Shown here: positions 25,135 to 38,524 of the stretch, piece after piece
How positions within the stretch are numbered: position 1 is the stretch's first letter
How the letters are laid out: every line of letters begins with the position of its first letter
Origin: Camelus ferus
Taxonomy: Eukaryota
Assembly (NCBI RefSeq): GCF_009834535.1
Contig: NC_045696.1
Coordinates: 65,970,001-66,034,000 of the forward strand
Reading direction: 5' to 3'
Length of the DNA: 64,000 nt
Made by a program: the position numbers and the translations under genes
Notes under the pieces: generated by a model
Database searches by the model: none
The model's input: the letters and a program-made list of their open reading frames with translations, nothing else
What the model was told of the DNA's origin: nothing

Positions 25135-25810
25135 AAGTCAGGTTTATTAGGCTATAATTTATATACAATCAATTTTTCCTTTTTCCAAGTACAGTTCTAT
25201 GATTTTTAACAAATGCACACAATTTGGCAACCACTAGCACACTAAAGATAATGAACATTTGCATCACCCTCAAACGTTCCCAAAGGCTCTTTTGGCTAGC
25301 TACATCCAGCCCCTGGCTCCACTGATCCTTTTTTTTTTTTTTTTCCTTGTCCTTACAGTTTTGGCTTTTCCAGAACATCATATTAATAGAATAATGCAGT
25401 ATGTGTCTTTTTGAATCTGGCTCCTTTCACTTAGCTCATGTATTCACTATTCATCATGTGTTGCATGCATCAGAAGTCCTTCCATTTAATTGCTGAATAG
25501 AATTACATTCTATGTGGCTCCACATCTTGTTCATCCTTTTAACAGTTGATTGACATTTGAGCTGTTTCTAGTTTTTGGCCGTTATCAACACTGCAATAAA
25601 CTTTCTCATACAGATTATTTTGTGAACATGTATTTTGTTTCTTTTGAGTAAATACCTAGGAGTGGATTTCTGGGTTAAACAGTAAGTATTTAGCTTTGTG
25701 AGAAATTACCAAACTGATTTCTATTATGTCTACACCATGTTGCATTCCCACCAATAATGTATAAATGTTCCAGTTGCTCCACATTTGTGTCAGTACCTTG
25801 TATTGTCTGA
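25135..25810 (-). mobile_element. L1MB/L1MC-like 3' end
   Basis: 'ggtttattaggctataattt...aagtacagttctatgatttttaacaaatg...ggctcctttcacttagc...gagtaaatacctaggagtgg...gcattcccaccaa'. Confidence 0.88.
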
Positions 25811-28180
25811 GAAATATTCAGATTAGCTTAAGAAGTACAGAAAAAAATTACTCAATAAAATTAAAGTCATTGATAATTAAAAACAATATTATCATTGATA
25901 ATAACAATAATATTTTAGCAAAGCAGGAATAGAAGGGAATTCCCTTAACCTGATCATGAGATAACTACTAAAGGTCAACCATAAGCATCTTATTCTATGG
26001 TGAAACTTTAGGTACATTTTAATTAATTTAAGAATTAAGATCAAGTGCTCACTATTGTTAAAGACAGTCAATGTTTTACTATTTCAAACCCATGAAATAA
26101 GATAAAAAGACAAATTAGAAGGTAAAAAGTAAGTATCATTTACTTAGAATACCTAAGACAATATGTAGATAAGATATAAAAACCAATTTGAAAATATAAG
26201 TAAGATTTTCATGATACCTAGTCAACCCACAAAAATTAAATAAAATTTAAATATGTCAGCAACACCCAAATATAAAATGTAATAGAATAATATGAAATAC
26301 TTACAATAACATAAAAATTATAAATCATGCAGGGATGTGTGAAACAAAGTTGAAGGATTAAAAATAGACCAGAATAAATAGAAATAGAATATTCTGACAT
26401 GAAAAGTAATATTAAAATGTCACTTCTTCCAAAGGAACTTAATGTAATGCAATTCTGATTGAAATTATTAGAGAAAAAGAGGTAGAGACAAGGTAGGAAG
26501 AGAGAGAGGGAACTAGAAAAGTGAGGAATAAAAGTAGACAGTAAGGTTTGGAAAACTGTATGAGGAGAGAACCCTTCTGATACAATGCTTCATTTTTAAG
26601 GTATTAATAATCGTAACTCTGTGGTATTGGTACAGGAAAAGAGAAATAATACAATGTAACAGGTTAGACTTTCCCAAAACAAATCTAATTATGTTAAGAG
26701 AGAAAAAAAAAAAAAAAAACAAGCTCCTTAGTATATAATAGGAATGACGTTACAAGTCAATGAGAAATGAAGAGGAGCTTCAGGACATGGTTTGCTGGGA
26801 CAACTGGCTATCTACATAGAAAAAGATTAAATTCAATTCTTTTTCAAACCATAAAAAGTAAATTACACAAGAATTAATAATTTCAATGTGAGAAAACAAT
26901 ACTTTAAAACTAGTGGAGGACAATAGCAAGACAACTTTGAGTTCTCAGATTTTAAAAGTATTAGTTCAACAAAACACAATTAACAAATTTCATTGAAAAT
27001 TTGGCTAGAAAAGGGACTACATTGAATTACATTGACTTTTAAAGTTGTTATGACCAATGACAACATAATAAGGTGAATGATAAGCTGGAGGATGGAAGTA
27101 GAAATTACAAAGTATGTAACAAACAAAATTATGGTTGAAGATACACTAAAAGCTTCTACCAGTCATTATCTTGACTGTGCTGAAGGTTCCACGGACATAC
27201 ACTTACATTAAAACTTATCAAGTTGTATACTTGACATTTTACTGTATGTCAATTAAATCTCAACAAAGTAGTTAAAAAGTTAATAGAAAAACAACTAAAT
27301 AGGAAAATAGGCAAAATATAAGAACAGGCAATTTACCAACAAGGAAAACTGAATGGTCCATAAGTATATAAAAATATTCACTCTCATTTGCAACCAGTGA
27401 AACACACATCAGAGTAATGATCTTCTATTCCACAATCGTAAGATTATCAAAATAAAAAAGGTAGCAATACCAAATCTTGGTGTTATGCTGTGGAAAATTA
27501 AAAAAAAAATAACTACTACTAGAAGTGTGAAATAGCACAATCATATTACAGAGTATTTTTGCAATGTTGGATAAATTTAAAATGTGAATATGCATGAATA
27601 TCCAAAGGCTCACAATCTGAATTTCAATTGCTAGAGAAAACCCTTGTATATGTGCCACATGGCATACATACAAAGATTTCCACTGAAATTATATATGCAA
27701 TAGTAAAGATAAGAATCAGTCAAAATGTCTACAAATAGGAGAATTAATAAGTTATAATTTATTCCTAAATTGAGATTTAATACTAAGCAATAGTTAAGAT
27801 TAATTATAGAAAACATGAATAAAATGTCAAATGAATAGTTTTCAGAATTAAAAGAATAGGATAAAATAATTCAGTTAAAACTTTAAAGTACACAAAACTG
27901 TACTATATGTTCTATAAAAATGTACATATAGGCAATAAAGTACAACAATATTGGCCGGAAGGATGTCAAATGTATCAAATTTATCATGGTGATTACTTCT
28001 GGGAATGACAAAAAGAGAGGTAATTAGTACTGGTGTGGAGAACAAAAGAGATTTTGAATTTATCGGCCATGTTTTTTTTTTAATTAAAAAATACATGTGT
28101 GTGTATGTGAAGTAGTAAAATTTTGTAATACTACTCCATGTATTTTTCTGTGACTTTAAATATTTTGAAACAAAATAGTA
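25811..28180 (+). mobile_element. L1ME-like ORF2 to 3' UTR, highly decayed (probably also 24880-25130)
   Basis: 'aggaatagaagggaattcccttaacctgat...ctgtggtattggtacagg...tgctgggacaactggctatc...gaacaggcaatttacc...ctagagaaaaccc'. Confidence 0.78.
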
Positions 28181-28579
28181 ACATTCTATATTTTCCAAGA
28201 TCCAAATGAGCTAATAAATGCAAAACTTTTTACAAAGTTGCAAAGCACTAAATGCAGGTAAGGCAACCCTTATTTAAACCAAGTTTTAGGCAGTATCATG
28301 TACCCATTTCCTATGAATTATTGATTGCTAAATGAATGCACTTTCAAAAGCGCTCAGTCTTTTCACTATCATGTAATTGGTAAATATTAAGTGAATAACA
28401 AATCAGTGACCAACTTATAAGTGCCCAGAAAATACGACAATAACAAAATGAAGGGACCAGATGGAGGTGGGAGTAAAAATGTGGAGAGATGGATGCCTTT
28501 CCAATGTTCCACACCAGGCTTAGCTTGCTGCTGACACTCAGTAAATGTTAAACAATAATAATAATAATGGGTACCATCT

Positions 28580-29720
28580 GCATGCCAAATTTAGACTGGT
28601 AGCAACATGCAGGATTGACAGCCCTAAAGGCCAGACTTCCCTTACTGCTTATTCCCAACATGTACAGCATTTTTTTTCTCAGTTAATAGGATAAATATTC
28701 TTTCAGTCACTCAGTTTAAAAGCCACCATTGTCTCTAACTCTCCCTGATCCATCATCACTCACCCAACCCCTTCAGAAATCTACCTGTCTTCAGTCTTTG
28801 TCCTTTCTAAACCAGGCATAGCATTCCTCTCATTGTTTCCATAAAAAAATGGGAGTCTACATTAGTTACTTGCTCAGAAAACCTCTGATCATGTTTTGTT
28901 ATCTAAGAGGATAAAATCATAGTACTTTAATTTGGTGCAAAAGACTTTTTAATATATTGCCGCAACTCGTATTTCCCACATAATGTCATGCTACATCACT
29001 TGAAAGCTTTCCCATGCATCCTATTTGCTTCACACATGAAGCTAATGGACACTTTTCAAAAAAAAAGAAAAAAGGAACCTTATGACTTTCTAAGTACTCA
29101 CACTCTTTTCTCATCATGGAATGATCTTACTTCTACCTGCTGGATCCCTACCCACTTTTCAAATCTCAACTTAAAGTCATTTCCTCTGTGAGAATATCAC
29201 TGATTCTCCCAGGAGAATCTAATTTCTCTTTCATTTTCCTTTTAACGCATCATTTGTGTCTTTTCCACCATAATATAGCCTGCTTTATCTTAATAATCAT
29301 AGCTAAAATGTATTAAACACATTTGCATGATATATTCTTCTAAGTTCATTTTATTATATTAATATTATTATAATATATAATAATATATATTAACGTACAA
29401 TCTTCTTCACAAAAGCCCTAGGAGGGCATTATTAGCCATTTTACAGATGAGAAAACTAAGGTATAGAGAAATCAATTAATCTGAACAGAGATAGTAAGGG
29501 ACAGAGCCAGGATTTGAACAGAGTGTCTCCTCTTAACCACTAGACTAGTGATGAGCTACCTGTCTTGCTACTAGAGTCTGAGCTACTTGAGAGCAAGTGA
29601 TTCCTTTATCACCCGTTCCATCAAGTTCTGTCTTGGTTCCGTCCCCCATCCCACAAAAATATCAGATTCTTCACAGCACCTAGTAGAGCTTCACATAGCT
29701 GGCAAATAAATTATCCTATG
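28580..29720 (+). mobile_element. L2 LINE fragments interrupted by a minus-strand MIR (~29295-29545)
   Basis: L2 'ttacttgctcagaaaacctc...ctagagtctgagctacttgagagcaag...cacagcacctagtagagc'; MIR 'ccattttacagatgagaaaactaagg...gagccaggatttgaac'. Confidence 0.75.
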
Positions 29721-29763
29721 GAAGGGAAAGGGGAAAAAAGATTCAACTGGTAATATTTAAAGA

Positions 29764-29764
<1 letters not shown>

Positions 29765-29821
<57 letters not shown>

Positions 29822-29835
29822 CCTTATTATTATTA
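29765..29835. repeat. (TTA)n microsatellite
   Basis: Long ATT run with a short interrupted extension. Confidence 0.95.
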
Positions 29836-30117
29836 AACTAATACTATCTCAGCAAAGAAAAATTAAAACATCTCTGATTTATTCTACCCTTTACCCTCCA
29901 GGAATGGAGATTGTAGCTTTTGGAGTTACTTAGTTCTAGGCTATCTTCCCCAACAGAAGTAATTAATAGCATTTTGTGTTTTATGTACTCCAACTAGAGT
30001 TGGAGATGTTCTGAAGACCTTCTTAACATGCTCAGGCCATGTTTTGGAAGGATTAGGCCCTTGAGGGAATTAGGTTAGATGATCCACAAGGGAGCCTTGG
30101 GAACTGTACAAGAGGAG

Positions 30118-30476
30118 TGTTATGGACTATAGGTTTGTGTCTCCCCAAAATCCATCTGTTGAAATCCTAACCCCAATGTGATGGTATTGGGAGGTAGGGC
30201 CTTTGGGATGTAATTGGTCATTAGGGTGGAGACTGCACAAATGGATGAGAGCTTTAAAGGAAGAGATAGAAGAGCTTGCCCCCTTTCTCTCTGCTCACTA
30301 CCAATACAAGGAGACAGCCATCTGCAAACCAGGAAGTGGGCTTTCGCCGGGCATTGGAGCTGCCAGCACCTTGCTCTTTGACTTCCCAGCCTCCAGAACT
30401 TTGAGAAATAAATGTTTGTTGTTTAAGCTGCCAAGTCTATGGTGATTCGTTACAGCAGCCAGAGCTGACTGAAACA
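30118..30476 (+). mobile_element. MLT1A-like MaLR solo LTR, full length
   Basis: Starts TGTTATGGACT, has 'gacttcccagcctccagaact...aaataaatgtttgttgtttaag', ends 'gctgactgaaaCA'; about 360 bp. Confidence 0.92.
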
Positions 30477-30479
30477 GAA

Positions 30480-30900
30480 TAACACTGGAAACTGGCTAGG
30501 TGTGCTCTCCTGAAGACTGGGTTGAAAATAGCCATGCGGGTTCTTTTAGAGCTTATGCTCAATGGACTTCACCTCTAGGGGAAAGTTGAGGATCCTTGTG
30601 TTCCATGAAGACACCAACCATGAAGATCACAGCTCACAACACAGTGCCTGAGGAGCCAAAGGAAACAATGATACTGATGGAAATAACCAGACTCCTAAGC
30701 TTCTCCACATGTACCTATTCATTAGAACCATGTAAGTGCCAGAGAAGCAAAGGAAACCTTTAAAAACTGATAGTCAACTTCTTGACTATCCTACTGATTT
30801 GAGAGTATATATGAAATTTTAATTTGCTTTACGAAAATAAGGAAACGTTGTGAAATAATTACTACCTACCAGAGTTCATGAGTGAAGTGATCAATCAAAT
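30480..30900 (+). mobile_element. Ancient LTR (LTR78/MamGypLTR-like) fragment
   Basis: 'agaaccatgtaag...aattttaatttgctttacgaaaataaggaaacgttg...acctaccagagttcatg' loosely resembles the 3' part of these LTRs. Confidence 0.35.
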
Positions 30901-31789
30901 CACAGTTTGGAAGACACTTGTAAAATAAAGGTTTATAGAGAATAGACAACATTTTTGTCTTTGTTTTTGAAAGATCCTAAAACCCGTTAGTAGAGAAATA
31001 ACAGTGTAATACAGTTAAATCCTTCTGAACTTTGAGGAAATTACGTATTTTTATAAAATAAGAAATAAAAAATGAATAGAGTATCATTTTTCTTTCCTAA
31101 AAGAATCATGCAAAAATGAAAGCATTTACAATTTATTTTGAAATATCCTTACTTGACTAAATCCTCATCTTGTCAACTCCTCCGACTGGAATAATACAGA
31201 GGAGTAAAAGCTGTATACAAAAAGATGACCATCAGAGTGTTATTTATTAAATTAAAAAGTTAACCAAAATTATATACTTTATTCTGTTTAGAGAGAAAGG
31301 TAGCACTAAAAATCAACAGGCATTTATTGATCTGCAACAGTCATAAATTAAGACTATCTCTTTAAAACTGAAAACTATAGTTACAACAACAATGAATTTA
31401 GTTAGGTAAATTATAGTCCACTCATTAAAAATAATGGTTATGGAGAATATGCTAAAAATGCATACTCAATTCAAATCAGTAAATATGTATTACCAAATGG
31501 GTCTATAGCAGTGAATATGTTCCCTGTCCTTAGGGAACTGAAATTTTATTGGCTTATGAAACTGTATCTATAGGGTAATTTTACCATGTAAATATTGTTA
31601 GCATATATACTAATAATTAAGAAAATAAGCTTTTGTGCCTGACTTTTAAGGTGGGGTGGTGAATGAAATTTTGGGTGATTTTTTTCACTTTTCATTTATG
31701 TTATTTCTGCAATATTGTTTAGACAATACATTTAGACATTTAGACAGTTGATTGTTTATTCAATCGACTGGAGTTAAAAGTTAGAGTTA

Positions 31790-31995
31790 ATTAGTAAATA
31801 TATTATTTATTGAGCTCTATTAGATAATAGATACTGTGATAAGTGTTTCACTTTTCTTTCTTTCTTACAATAACTGCATATGATGCCCTTGCGGTTTAGG
31901 GAAATTAAATATTTGCCGAAGTTCAAGCACATGATAAATAACCATGTCTAGCCTCAAATGCCTGATCCTGAAAGCTGTGCTCTTAACCACTATTG
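31790..31995 (-). mobile_element. MIR SINE
   Basis: 'tatttattgagctctatt...atactgtgataagtgttt...atttgccgaagttc...ctgaaagctgtgctcttaaccactat'. Confidence 0.8.
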
Positions 31996-34900
31996 CTCCC
32001 CCACTGGAGAAGGCCCTGTCCTGGGGATGTTCCGCGCCCCACCTAGCTTCCTGTTGGTCTCAGGCTAACATTAAGTACCCAAAGTAACAACACTAAATCT
32101 GGCTGTGGCCCAGTGCAAGGTCTCCCAGGAGACTGCTGGCCCGGTATCAGAGATCCCAGATGGGAACCCATATAAGCCACCTTCCTAGGCTTACTTTGGC
32201 AGCATATATTTCAATCCCAGATGGAAACTTCAAGTGAACAAAACCAAGTTGTACAGCTCAAATATGCAGGATGGATTCAAGTTAAGTTACATTTTTTAAA
32301 AGTTAAAATCATCAGATGGATAATTATTTAATTAGAATTGTTTTTCATGTCGTCTTTTGACTATAAAATGTAGCCCTCTAAATTATAGTGATGAATTGGG
32401 GAAAAAATGTCTTTTTTCAATATATCTTACCCTTTTGATAAGCAACTTTCATGGTTTTTTTCCTCAAGTCTTCGTGTTTTCCTCACATTTTTTCCCCTTC
32501 TTTCTCTTAGCCATATTTGATATACCAGGCACTCACCATCTGATAAGAAACTTTCTTCCCTCTCAATAATGTGGTAAACCCAGATGCCATTGGAAATAAG
32601 ATTATTTATAATTTAACCTTAGCTGTAAATGTTAAGTTCCCCCTCACCCTGCCCTGCTGTTCAAACTCAAACATTCCTAAATTAGGGTATTAATATCAGT
32701 ACTAAGGAAATGTCCCCTCGTCCCCAAATGGAAAGGACATACATTTAAGGTAAAAATATTCAAGGCTAAATTCTTATTCCACCAGTCAGAAACTGTGCAG
32801 CCTTGGACAGTTTATGTAATCTCTCTGACTTTCAGTATTAGTGAGTAAGGGAACTAAAGGTAAAGATGGTTTAGTGGGTAGAGGTCTGCTTATTAATTAA
32901 TTTGTCTATTAAGGCAATATCTCAGATTTTATTCTGCAGGAGAAATGTAATTTCTGTGGGAGGCTTTGTTTTTCTTTTGTAAGCCCTGGCTTTAATAGCT
33001 GTGTGTACATGACGTGTTGTGTCTGCGACAACCATGCGAAACCATGCATTGTTTTTCGATCATGAATTTTCTGTGTCCCTGTCTATGGTCAGTATTCTCT
33101 TTGGTGATTGTCCACTTTTTTAATACTGAATGATCTTCCTTTGGTTCAAAAACACCTCTCTTTGTGGTTTAAATTTTATCAAATGAAAAGCGCAATTCTA
33201 TCGAACAAAAATTTGAGTATATCATATTAAATAAACTAAAAATCCCCCCCCATCTCATTAGCTCCACCTCAAAGTGCAGGTTGTCCTCTAGTTTTAATGC
33301 AGTTCCATGAAATTATTTCATGTTCATGTTAGAGATTGTGTGAATGATTGCGAGCGTAGAAAACAAAAATTACCAAGTAGAAAATGGAAGAGTTTATCAT
33401 TCAAATTTTAAGAGAATTCACCAAAGGCTACCTTTAAAAGAAATTTTTCAAAATACTTAAATGGTATACTATTGTTTTTAAAATATTTTAAGCCATCTTT
33501 CTTCCTCTGCACTCCATATGTTTACAGAAAATATTAAAAACATAATGAAGGACACATTATGCTGTAAAGCTAAATATTAATAGAATTTGGGGAAAGGGAC
33601 TTAGGCTAGGGGAAAAATTAAGTTATGGAAAAACTAAATTAACAATAGTTACTGTAACTGAGAATTAAATATAGCTCACAAACATTTTATGGGGAAGATA
33701 TAGAAACTTTTGTGTCAAGACTTCCATTGAAATTATATTGTCTGACTCTTTTCTACTATTTAGGGAAAATTAATAATTTCTCTGGATTTTAATTGTTGAA
33801 GAATAACCCTAGCTAGGTTTCTGAGGAAGCTACTAAGCTGAAGTTTCACCAAAAGGGAAGAAAGGAAAGAGACAGGTATTTGGTCAGTGAGAGAGATGTA
33901 GCCAGACCTGGAGGGAGAGCTGGATCCTCTGTGGGTAGAGTTATGGAGGTGTCAGAGGACTTCTGGGTGACGGCGACGTGCACTCTACCCCACACAGAGA
34001 ACTGGCTGGATACCTGCAAGAGGATCAGGCCAATGCATGTGCAGGATGGCTTTTCAGTACCACTCATTGTGAATACCAGTAGTTGTGCCAGTGGGCACAG
34101 CCTTTGAGCCAAAAAGGGTATAGGTTAGAATTCAAAGGTGGTGTCTTTTAGCAGAGGGAGCAGAGCTAACCACGTGACCACAGCAAAAGGCTCATGCATT
34201 TTCCAATTATCCTGACACCAGTTATGCTTGAAGAGCACCATCATGAGGAACACTGGATATTCTGCTAGCTTGGACAATAGGGTTTCAGAGCTAGCTTTAA
34301 GTCAATCTAGGGGGAAGAAAGTAAATGTGGTGTTTCGATTGCACAGTTTGTATGGAATAAATTCATACATGCTACATGTAAAATGGGTTATATCAACATA
34401 AGATTTTCCTACTGAAAAAAAATCACGTGTCATCTCTGAAAATGTTAAATCTCAGCCATCTGCAGATCTGTTGAAGCAGTTTTGAAAACAAGCTTCTTTG
34501 AGGGATTTACAAAGTAAAAGCTTTAAGTCGAAACCTTGTTTCCAAAGATGAAGTATTTTCTGTTTTGAATATTCGGCAAAATACATGTAATGCCTTGCAA
34601 GGAAAAGACTGAGGAGAATGTGGACATTATTTTAAATTCAACGTTTTTTTCAGGCGAGTGTATGGATATCTTTGCTGCATGGCAAAGCATTTGCAGAACT
34701 GCCCACCCACACAACTGCTGGAACTTAATCCCATCATGCTTTCAGTTAAACAAATCCTCAGACCATTTTTCCTCAAATCTTTATGCAGATGTCAAGACAG
34801 CTTGGTGCTAGACATCTAAATGGAAAAGATATAAATTCCAAAAATCTGTCAACTAATAATTTTGTATAATTTATCTTGAATATTATGTATCTCTTTTCAG

Positions 34901-35193
34901 CAGCAAAAGTGGTAGTAAAAAGATTAATGATTTTCTTTTTTTTTGGGCAAACCAAATGTCTCCTGGATTTTTTTTTTTTATAAGAGTGAAGAGATGTAAA
35001 TATTAAAGTAGATGTATTTCGAGGGTGCTGCAAAGGAAATGTCACCAAAAATTATACATTTTATTGTATGTATAATTAGAAACAAACCCCACAATCAATA
35101 TTTGCAGAATCAGACTCTTCAGGGCCGTAAAAGATACCTCTTAATGTGCTACTTCAAAGCTTACTTGCCTAATTTTTTCTTGTTTGTACCCTC

Positions 35194-35647
35194 TGTTGTG
35201 GGTACCAGCTTCGCATGGATTATGATAGCACTGTTCGGGGTACCTACGCCACACATCTCGTTTCCTGCTCCCAGGACTCCCGTATTGATTGAAAGGCTTG
35301 GGTAGCAGTGGGACCCAGCCAAGTATCTATGATGCACAACTCAGAATTGTCCTCTCTTAAGTGAAACATTGAAAAATGGGAAACAAATTAATGAGTAGTT
35401 CTCCTCCCTGACCATCACCAAGATTGGCTGTCTTGGGATGAAATTTATACAGCTCTTTGTGGCCGGGATATCAGCAATCCATTGCACTTTGTAGCAGCCA
35501 AATCAATAGCATGTTGTAGTAATTGGCTTTTTGTTTTTATCTGCATCGCTCGCTTTTTTCTCCACTCCTGATCCCTGGTATGTACTTCCCAATAACATAG
35601 TTTTCACATCAGCCCTTTACCTCAGGTTCTGCTTTCCAGCTAAAACA
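35194..35647 (+). mobile_element. LTR16-like ERVL solo LTR
   Basis: 3' end 'attggcttt...ccactcctgatccctgg...cttcccaataa...ctttacctcaggttctgctttc...ctaaaaca' matches the LTR16-class U5. Confidence 0.65.
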
Positions 35648-35984
35648 AGAGTTCTAAATATTACTCTTGTCAGTTTTTAATACAATTATTATATATAAAA
35701 TATAAAATATATCTTAATCTATCTTTAATTTTAAAAGTGCTGTATATTTACCTTGTAAAATAAAGGATGAATTATTTAATTAAAAATAAATTTGTCACGT
35801 CTTTCTATTACAAATTTCTTTATATATAATGTGAGTTTTTATAAAGGAGGATTCTGTTTTAAAAAGTATATAATTTTAGAAAAAATATTCAATTTAAAAA
35901 AACCCAGAAAAACTTAGATAAAAGCATTACAAAATGGAAAATGGGTAGTTAGCTACTTGTATTAAATATTATTGGACATTCTAA

Positions 35985-36535
35985 AATTGCAAAATAGGAG
36001 GCTTCTGAACTCACCTATTCCCATGGACACACCAAATCTACAGCTACACATGGAACAGTTCCCTCTGAAATAAGTCCAGAAACTAGCTGAACAACTTCTA
36101 CACATTGAGCAAACAAGAAAATAATCAAAATGAAATTCAAGGAAAGGCTGAGGCACATTCTGGCCACCAGTCCCAACCTCACCACAGCAACATACAATTG
36201 GGAAGGAATTCACAACTCCTGGCTTCTCCCTGAGGGGCAATTGGTTTGGACTAAAACCAAGTGCCCTAATTTTTAAGAATTCTACTTGAAAGACAGAACT
36301 CCAAAACACTAGCTATGAACGCCACTGGGGTTTGAGTCCCACAAGACCCACAAGACTACAGCAAACACAGAAAGAATTCTTAACAGGTTCAAGTGGACTC
36401 GCTGTAGCTATCTCCCCAGGGCTCAGTGCAGAGGCCACAGACAGAAACTCCAGCTCCCCTTTCCCTGAAAGAGGCCTCTTTGCATACTTTACAAGCAGTT
36501 GCCTTTAAGTCAGGCTCCTCATTTAACACACACTT
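35985..36535 (+). mobile_element. L1 5' UTR (L1M3/L1MA9-like)
   Basis: 'aggaggcttctgaactcacc...ccatggacacaccaaatctacagctaca...gcttctccctgagg...cagggctcagtgcagagg...tttgcatacttt'. Confidence 0.75.
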
Positions 36536-36754
36536 AAAGGCTCTAATGGAAAAGGTAGATAACATGCAAGAACAGATGGATATTGTAAACAAAGACATAA
36601 AAATTCTAAGAAAGTATCAAAAAGAAATGTCAGAGATCAAAAATGTTCTTTATTTAGAAGTAAAGAAAGTATTTGATGGGCTCAGCGGTACACTGGACAC
36701 GGCTGAGGAAAGAATCTCTGAGCTAGAGAATATTTCAATAGAATCTTCAAAAAC
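36536..36754 (+). mobile_element. L1MC-like ORF1 coiled-coil segment
   Basis: Peptide KALMEKVDNMQEQM...LDTAEERISELENISIESSKT. Confidence 0.88.
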
Positions 36755-36759
36755 ATAGA

Positions 36760-38510
36760 ATTTCTTTACAACCTTTTTAATTTTCATGGAATCTGTAGTG
36801 ATGTCCCTCCTTTCTTCCTAATATTAGTAATTTGCAGTCTATCTCTGTTTTTCTTAGCTTGACTACAGACTTATTAATTTTATTAATCTTGTTTAAAGAA
36901 TTAGCTTTTGGTTTTATTGATTTTTTCTACTGTAGAACATTTAATGGAATTCCACTTTCTTTCCTTTCTTAGTATATCAGTTACTTTTTGTTTACTTTCC
37001 TTAGTGATTACCTTTGAGTTTGCAATATACATTTACAATAAATCCAAGTCCACTTTCAAATAACATTATATCACTTCACATGTATTGCAAGTACATTATT
37101 ATGACAAATAGTTCTAATTCCTTCTTCCCATCCCTTATATCATTGCCATCATTCATTTCAGTTACACATAAGCTATAATTACTGAATACATTGTTGCTAT
37201 TATTATTTTGAACAGTCTCTTATTCACTGATCATTTAAAAATGAAAAATTAAAATTTTTATTTTGCTTTCACATTTCCCTTTTTTGTGCTCTTCTTTTCT
37301 TTATGTAGATCTGAGTTTATGATCTATATTATTTCCCTTCCCTCTTAAAAACTTCTTTTAACATTTCTTACAAAACAAAAAAAATCCCCTTAACTTTTAT
37401 TTGAGAAAATCTTTATTACTCCTTTACTTCTAAAGTATAATTTTGCAGGGTACAGAATTCTAGGTTGGTGGCTTTATTTCTTAACACTTTAAATATTTCA
37501 TTCTACTCCCTTCTTGCTTACATGGTTTCTGAGAAGTTGGATATAATTCTTATCTTTGATCATCTGTAGATAAGGTGTTTGTTTCCTCTGGCTTCTTTTG
37601 GAACTTTTTTTATCTTAGATTTTTTGTAATTTGAAAATAATACGCCTATGTGCAGGGTTTTGCTGTTGTTTTACCCTGCTTGTGTTCTCTGAGGTTCCTG
37701 CATCTGCAGTTGAGTGGTCTGACATTAATTTGGGGGATATATTCAATCTTGTTGTTTAAGATATTTCTTTTGCTCCTTTCTCTCTTTTTCTTCCACTTTT
37801 CCCATTAAATGCAATGTTGTACTTTTTGTAGTTGTCCACAGTTCTTGAATAGTCTGTCCTTTGTCTTTTTTCAGTCTTTGTTCTTTGGTTTGGTTTGGTT
37901 TCTGGTTTTTGAGGATTCTATTGAAATGTTCTCTAGCACAGAGATCCTTTCCTGAGCTATGTCCAGTTTACTAATAAAGCAATCAAAAGCATTCTTCATT
38001 TCAGTTACAGTGTTTTTGATCCCTGGTATTTCTTTTTGATGCTTTCTTAGTATTTCTATCTCTTTACCTACATTTCCCATCTGTTCCTTGCATGTTATCT
38101 TCTTTATCCATTAGAGCCTTAGCATATTAATTATAGTTATTTTAAATTCCCAGTCTGATAATCCCAACATCTCTGCCTTGTCTGCTTCTGATGCCTGTTC
38201 TGTCTATTCATTTTTTTTTGCCTTTTGTTACGCTTTGTGATTTTTTTCTTTTTAACCAGACACGATGTACTTAAGAAAAGGAACTGCTGTAAATAGACCC
38301 TTAGTAGTATGATGGTGAGAAGTGGGGATAAGGGAAATGCTTTATAGTCCTATTATTAGTTCTCAGTCTTTTAGTAAGCCTATGCCTCTGGACTGTGAAA
38401 TTTGCAAGTGTTTCTCAGTTTTTTTCTCCCCACCTTGGTGGGACATAATGGCTAGGTGGGACATAATAGCTAGGTGGGCTGGAGTTGAGTAGTTCCCTCC
38501 TCCCACATAG
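36760..38510 (-). mobile_element. L1MC-like element (5' region, ORF1, inter-ORF and an ORF2 piece), inverted
   Basis: Minus-strand peptide 'MGNVGKEIEILRKHQKE...LDIAQERISVLENISIESSKT'; 'gggtacagaattctaggttgg' and 'ccaagtccactttcaaataaca' are L1MC landmarks. Confidence 0.88.
38437..38478. repeat. 18-bp tandem duplication (2.3 copies)
   Basis: ggtgggacataatggcta ggtgggacataatagcta ggtggg. Confidence 0.9.
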
Positions 38511-38524
38511 AAAAAAAAGCAACA

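Noticed and set aside
33846..34811. Paired sense/antisense ORFs of 63-88 aa
   Set aside because: No homology recognised and no convincing splice or start context
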